Assembly (NCBI GenBank): GCA_016926735.1
Contig: JAFGOA010000183.1
Span: 1 to 19,423 of the forward strand
Length of the DNA: 19,423 nucleotides
Reading direction: 5' to 3'
From: Promethearchaeota archaeon
GTDB taxonomy: Archaea; Asgardarchaeota; Lokiarchaeia; Sigyniarchaeales; SOKP01
In this document: positions 16,246 to 19,423 of the stretch, piece after piece
Layout of the letters: each line of letters opens with the position of its first letter
Numbering within the stretch: the first letter of the stretch is position 1
Made by a program: the position numbers and the translations under genes
The notes under the pieces: generated by a model
What the model was told of the DNA's origin: nothing
The model's database searches: none
The model's input: only the letters and a program-made list of their open reading frames with translations

Positions 16246-16273
16246 ATTTATTTTCTTTTTTTTTTATTTTTTT
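16246..16273 (+). terminator. Oligo-T archaeal terminator-like tract after the histone gene
   Basis: Near-continuous T run starting about 25 bp after the histone stop codon. Confidence 0.5.
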
Positions 16274-16367
16274 AGGTAAAAAATTATAATATCATTCAAT
16301 ACACTCTAAAAAAGGATTGAATAATTTTCTAGATTATTATATATATAAATGTGAGATTTTCATCATT

Positions 16368-16787
16368 ATGTGGGAACTTAGTGATGATGATATAAAATAT
16401 TTCTCTTGTAAGATATGCGGAGAATGGCCATCATATTATGCATGTAAATACTGCCATAAAAGAATATGTAAAAAATGTCAAGTTAATTCTTTTTGTAAAG
16501 ATCATTACAATAAAATACCTCATGAAAATGTAATAAAACTCAAAAATGTAGAAAAAAAAATAAAAATTGCGTATATATCCCTAACTCTATATATCTTTAC
16601 TTTATTCCTTGGATTTATGTATACCAGCTATTTAATTTCCCTTGATTCTTTTACATTAGGTTCAATTTTAATGGGATTATCAATTATGTCATTAATAATT
16701 CCTATTTTATATTGTGTAATTTGTGAAAAGAATAAAAAAAAAAGGATTGGAGAAATAATCGATATTCTCCAGAAAAGTGATAATTGA
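16368..16787 (+). CDS. Zn-finger (B-box/AN1-like Cys pattern) protein with two C-terminal TM helices
   Basis: CKIC-x8-CKYC-x4-CKKC-x5-CKDH followed by two hydrophobic helices; ATG 16368 preferred over TTG 16317. Confidence 0.72.
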   Translation: MWELSDDDIKYFSCKICGEWPSYYACKYCHKRICKKCQVNSFCKDHYNKIPHENVIKLKNVEKKIKIAYISLTLYIFTLFLGFMYTSYLISLDSFTLGSILMGLSIMSLIIPILYCVICEKNKKKRIGEIIDILQKSDN

Positions 16788-16846
16788 GAGAATTCTTTTT
16801 ATTTATAAATACAAACAATCAGATTTAGAAATAAGAGTATTTTGTT

Positions 16847-16925
16847 TTTCTTAGACAATCTTTATGTTTAGATAAACACATAATCAATGTAATATTCATA
16901 GAAACTGTCTAATTCATTTATATAG
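16847..16925 (+). repeat. 79-bp direct repeat, copy 1 (upstream element with inverted repeats and TATA box)
   Basis: 77/79 identical to 17401-17479; contains TTAGACA...TGTCTAA, TGTTTA-GA-TAAACA and TTTATATA. Confidence 0.95.
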
Positions 16926-16948
16926 CATATTTTATACCTATAAAATCA

Positions 16949-17338
16949 ATGAAAGATATTATAAATAAAAAAAAGTCATCTCATTTCAATACATTTCTTG
17001 TTAGTGAATCAACTATTAAAAAAAAGAAAAAAATTTCCCATCTATATTTAAAATACGTACTTAGAAAAGCAATGTTCTATTTTACTATTTTCTTTATAAT
17101 AATATCGATGCTTTTTCTATTATCTCGATTGTATATTCAATTTAATATTGATGATATTTATTCATCATACACTATAGACGTAGGGTTTTTTGATGAAGAT
17201 TTACTCTTGGCAATGGAAGCAGAATTAGAGAGAATTATGGGTATTGGTAAACCTCTATGGGAAGCATATATTGATTTTATAATTCAAGTTTTTACGTTTG
17301 ATTTTGGCTCCACTCCACATTTAAATTATATTTTCTAA
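16949..17338 (+). CDS. Stand-alone DppB/OppB N-terminal-domain-like membrane protein, paralog 1
   Basis: LKYVLRK plus TM plus ELERIMGIGKPLWEAY...FDFGS resembles the N-terminus of peptide ABC permeases (KYILKR...GLDKPL..QY...GDFG.S); the permease core is absent. Confidence 0.65.
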   Translation: MKDIINKKKSSHFNTFLVSESTIKKKKKISHLYLKYVLRKAMFYFTIFFIIISMLFLLSRLYIQFNIDDIYSSYTIDVGFFDEDLLLAMEAELERIMGIGKPLWEAYIDFIIQVFTFDFGSTPHLNYIF

Positions 17339-17400
17339 ATTATCCTTGGTATATTTTCTATCATTACAAAAATATTCCTTACAAATAAGGAGATCTTAGA

Positions 17401-17479
17401 TTTCTTAGACAATCTTTATGTTTAGATAAACACATAATCAACGTAATATTCATAGAATCTGTCTAATTCATTTATATAG
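17401..17479 (+). repeat. 79-bp direct repeat, copy 2
   Basis: 77/79 identical to 16847-16925; period 554 bp. Confidence 0.95.
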
Positions 17480-17505
17480 GATAGTTTCAATTAAAGAAAT
17501 GAATA

Positions 17506-17868
17506 ATGAAAACCTATGAAAATATCATAATTTCTTCTACTAATAAAAAATATGTTGAAAAAGAGAATAAATCTCACCATCTATTTTTAAAATATATAAT
17601 TAGAAAGACGGTGTTCTATTTTTCATTATTTTTCACCATTATTTCTGTGGTTTTCATTATATCTCGATTTTATATTCAAAATTATTATAATGATATTTTT
17701 CCACCCCGTTTTCAGCTTGATCCTGAGGATTATTTAATAGCAAGGGAATTAGAGCGAATTATGGGTATTAATAAACCTCTATGGCAAGCATATATTAATT
17801 TTATAATTCAAGTCTTTACGTTTGATTTTGGGCCGACTATAGCTTTGCCGGGTTATTATAATTTTTGA
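17506..17868 (+). CDS. Stand-alone DppB/OppB N-terminal-domain-like membrane protein, paralog 2
   Basis: LKYIIRK plus TM plus ELERIMGINKPLWQAY...FDFGP; tandem paralog of 16949-17338. Confidence 0.65.
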   Translation: MKTYENIIISSTNKKYVEKENKSHHLFLKYIIRKTVFYFSLFFTIISVVFIISRFYIQNYYNDIFPPRFQLDPEDYLIARELERIMGINKPLWQAYINFIIQVFTFDFGPTIALPGYYNF

Positions 17869-17936
17869 TTTGAACTAAAATCTTGGGAAAAGTTGCAATC
17901 AGATATTTTTTTAGCAATTATAAATATCTAATTAAT

Positions 17937-18413
17937 ATGGATAAAAGTTCAGATTATAGATACGATGCTTATTGTGGACTGTATTGTGGTTCTTGTGAAA
18001 TGTTAATGGCTACAAAAAAAAAAGAATTAGAACCAGTTGCAAAACTAAAAGGAGTAACTATAGAAGGAGTTAAATGTCATGGTTGTAAGACAGATGTTTT
18101 ATATGAACATTGCAGAAATTGTCAATTAAAAAAATGTGCTCAAGAAAAAAATATTGAATTTTGTATTGAATGTAATGAATATCCTTGTCAAGATTTAGAA
18201 AAATTTCGAAATAATCCTCAGTACCCCTATCATATAGAAGTATATGATAGTATGGAAGAAATAAAGCAAAAAGGATGTAAACAATGGCTGGAAAATCAAA
18301 AAAAAAGATGGAGTTGTCAATCTTGCGGTCAAGAATATATGTGGTACACTCTGAAATGTGAGAAATGTGGTAAAAAAGTAAATGGATATATTCGACCAGT
18401 TAAGAAGAACTAA
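17937..18413 (+). CDS. DUF3795-like Cys-rich metal-binding protein
   Basis: AYCGLYCGSC...CHGC...CRNCQLKKCAQEKNIEFCIECNEYPC plus C-terminal CQSC/CEKC; ATG 17937 preferred. Confidence 0.85.
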   Translation: MDKSSDYRYDAYCGLYCGSCEMLMATKKKELEPVAKLKGVTIEGVKCHGCKTDVLYEHCRNCQLKKCAQEKNIEFCIECNEYPCQDLEKFRNNPQYPYHIEVYDSMEEIKQKGCKQWLENQKKRWSCQSCGQEYMWYTLKCEKCGKKVNGYIRPVKKN

Positions 18414-18561
18414 TTAAAAAGCATATATTCCTTAAAAAATAATGAACTGTTGATAGTGTATTTTAAATCATTAGATGATATTTTATTTATTAATCAAAAT
18501 ATATATTTTATTTACTGTACTAATTAAAATATATTATAAAATTATAAATGAGAATATATTT

Positions 18562-19200
18562 ATGGCTGATGAGGCTAAGGAAGATAATCTAAATGGAAAT
18601 GGTAAATCTAAAAGAATTCTTTTTGAAGCAATGGATTTAATCATAAAAAATCTAAAAGAAAATATGAATCATTTAGATTCAAATTTTAAACACACTCAAA
18701 AATTCATTAATATTGTTTATGATGGATTAATAAATAGTCGTAGATTTTTTTTACTTGCTTCCGGAAGAAGTGCTTTTATTTTACAATGTTTTGCTACAAG
18801 ATTAGTTCACTTAGGTGCAGAGGTACATATGGTAACTAATTTAGCTAGTATTCCCGCTATTAGAAAAAAAGATATCTTAATTGTCCTTTCAGGTTCAGGA
18901 ACAACTTCTATAGTAGTAAGTCTTCTCAAAAATTATGTAAATACTATTAAACCTCATGCTATCGTTTGTATTACAAGTCATCCAGAAACCTTAATTGGAC
19001 GAATTGGAGATATTACTATTAAATTAATAGGTAGAACCAAGAAAGATAGAGCCCCTGATGAATATGCGGAATTAACTCCAGAAGGAACTCAATTTGAAGC
19101 AAGTGCTTTTATCTATTTAGATGCGATAATTGCAGAATTGGCTATTAAATTGGGAAAAACAAATGAAGATCTGCTAAAAACGCACTCTGAATCAATATAA
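18562..19200 (+). CDS. hxlB: SIS-domain protein, 6-phospho-3-hexuloisomerase (PHI/HxlB)-like, diverged
   Basis: SGRS...FATRLVHLG, DILIVLSGSGTT, ITSHPE, P.GTQFE...LDAII and terminal His; ATG 18562 preferred. Confidence 0.75.
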   Translation: MADEAKEDNLNGNGKSKRILFEAMDLIIKNLKENMNHLDSNFKHTQKFINIVYDGLINSRRFFLLASGRSAFILQCFATRLVHLGAEVHMVTNLASIPAIRKKDILIVLSGSGTTSIVVSLLKNYVNTIKPHAIVCITSHPETLIGRIGDITIKLIGRTKKDRAPDEYAELTPEGTQFEASAFIYLDAIIAELAIKLGKTNEDLLKTHSESI

Positions 19201-19423
19201 CATTGATTAATGAATCATCTTAAACCAAAGAAATATAATTTAAAAGAATAGGTTTTAGATTCATTGTTAAAAGAATTCTTTTTTCTTTTTTTTAATTACA
19301 TATAATTTAGATTTATTTTTTACCAATTTCACAAAAAGAAAGCCCATTCCTTCAAGAATGGAACGAATTTTGGGAGAAAATACAAAACTAACGTAGTCCT
19401 TATTTTTAACTATAGTAAAAATA

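Noticed and set aside
16847-17479. CRISPR array
   Set aside because: Only two 79-bp copies separated by a gene, with no spacer periodicity and no cas genes.

Overview
This is a very AT-rich archaeal window. The archaeal histone, proteasome beta subunit, GGTGA/GGAGG ribosome-binding sites and eukaryote-like ubiquitin machinery point to an Asgard archaeon, probably Lokiarchaeia/Promethearchaeia (inference, not a database result). The centrepiece is a co-oriented minus-strand cluster at 4428-8778 encoding a complete ubiquitin-like conjugation cycle. It has a non-canonical Ubl (acidic N-terminal tail, ending Ala-Gly|Lys-Cys instead of Gly-Gly), a UBA3/UBA2-like E1 with a catalytic-Cys domain and C-terminal ubiquitin-fold domain, an E2 with two loop insertions, an Rpn11/CSN5-like JAMM isopeptidase, and a ~6-TM membrane protein with a C-terminal RING variant (candidate membrane E3). 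Nearby are a divergent long coiled-coil gene, a second large helical RING (C4HC3) protein downstream of a proteasome beta subunit lacking Thr1, and a histone. Other genes are proB/proA, two SAM methyltransferases, a LysE exporter, a ferric-reductase-like heme-b membrane protein, small Zn-binding proteins and a diverged hexulose-phosphate isomerase. There is also a tandem duplication of stand-alone DppB/OppB N-terminal-like genes, each preceded by a 79-bp near-identical element with dyad symmetry. All family assignments come from motif recognition by eye; no searches were run.
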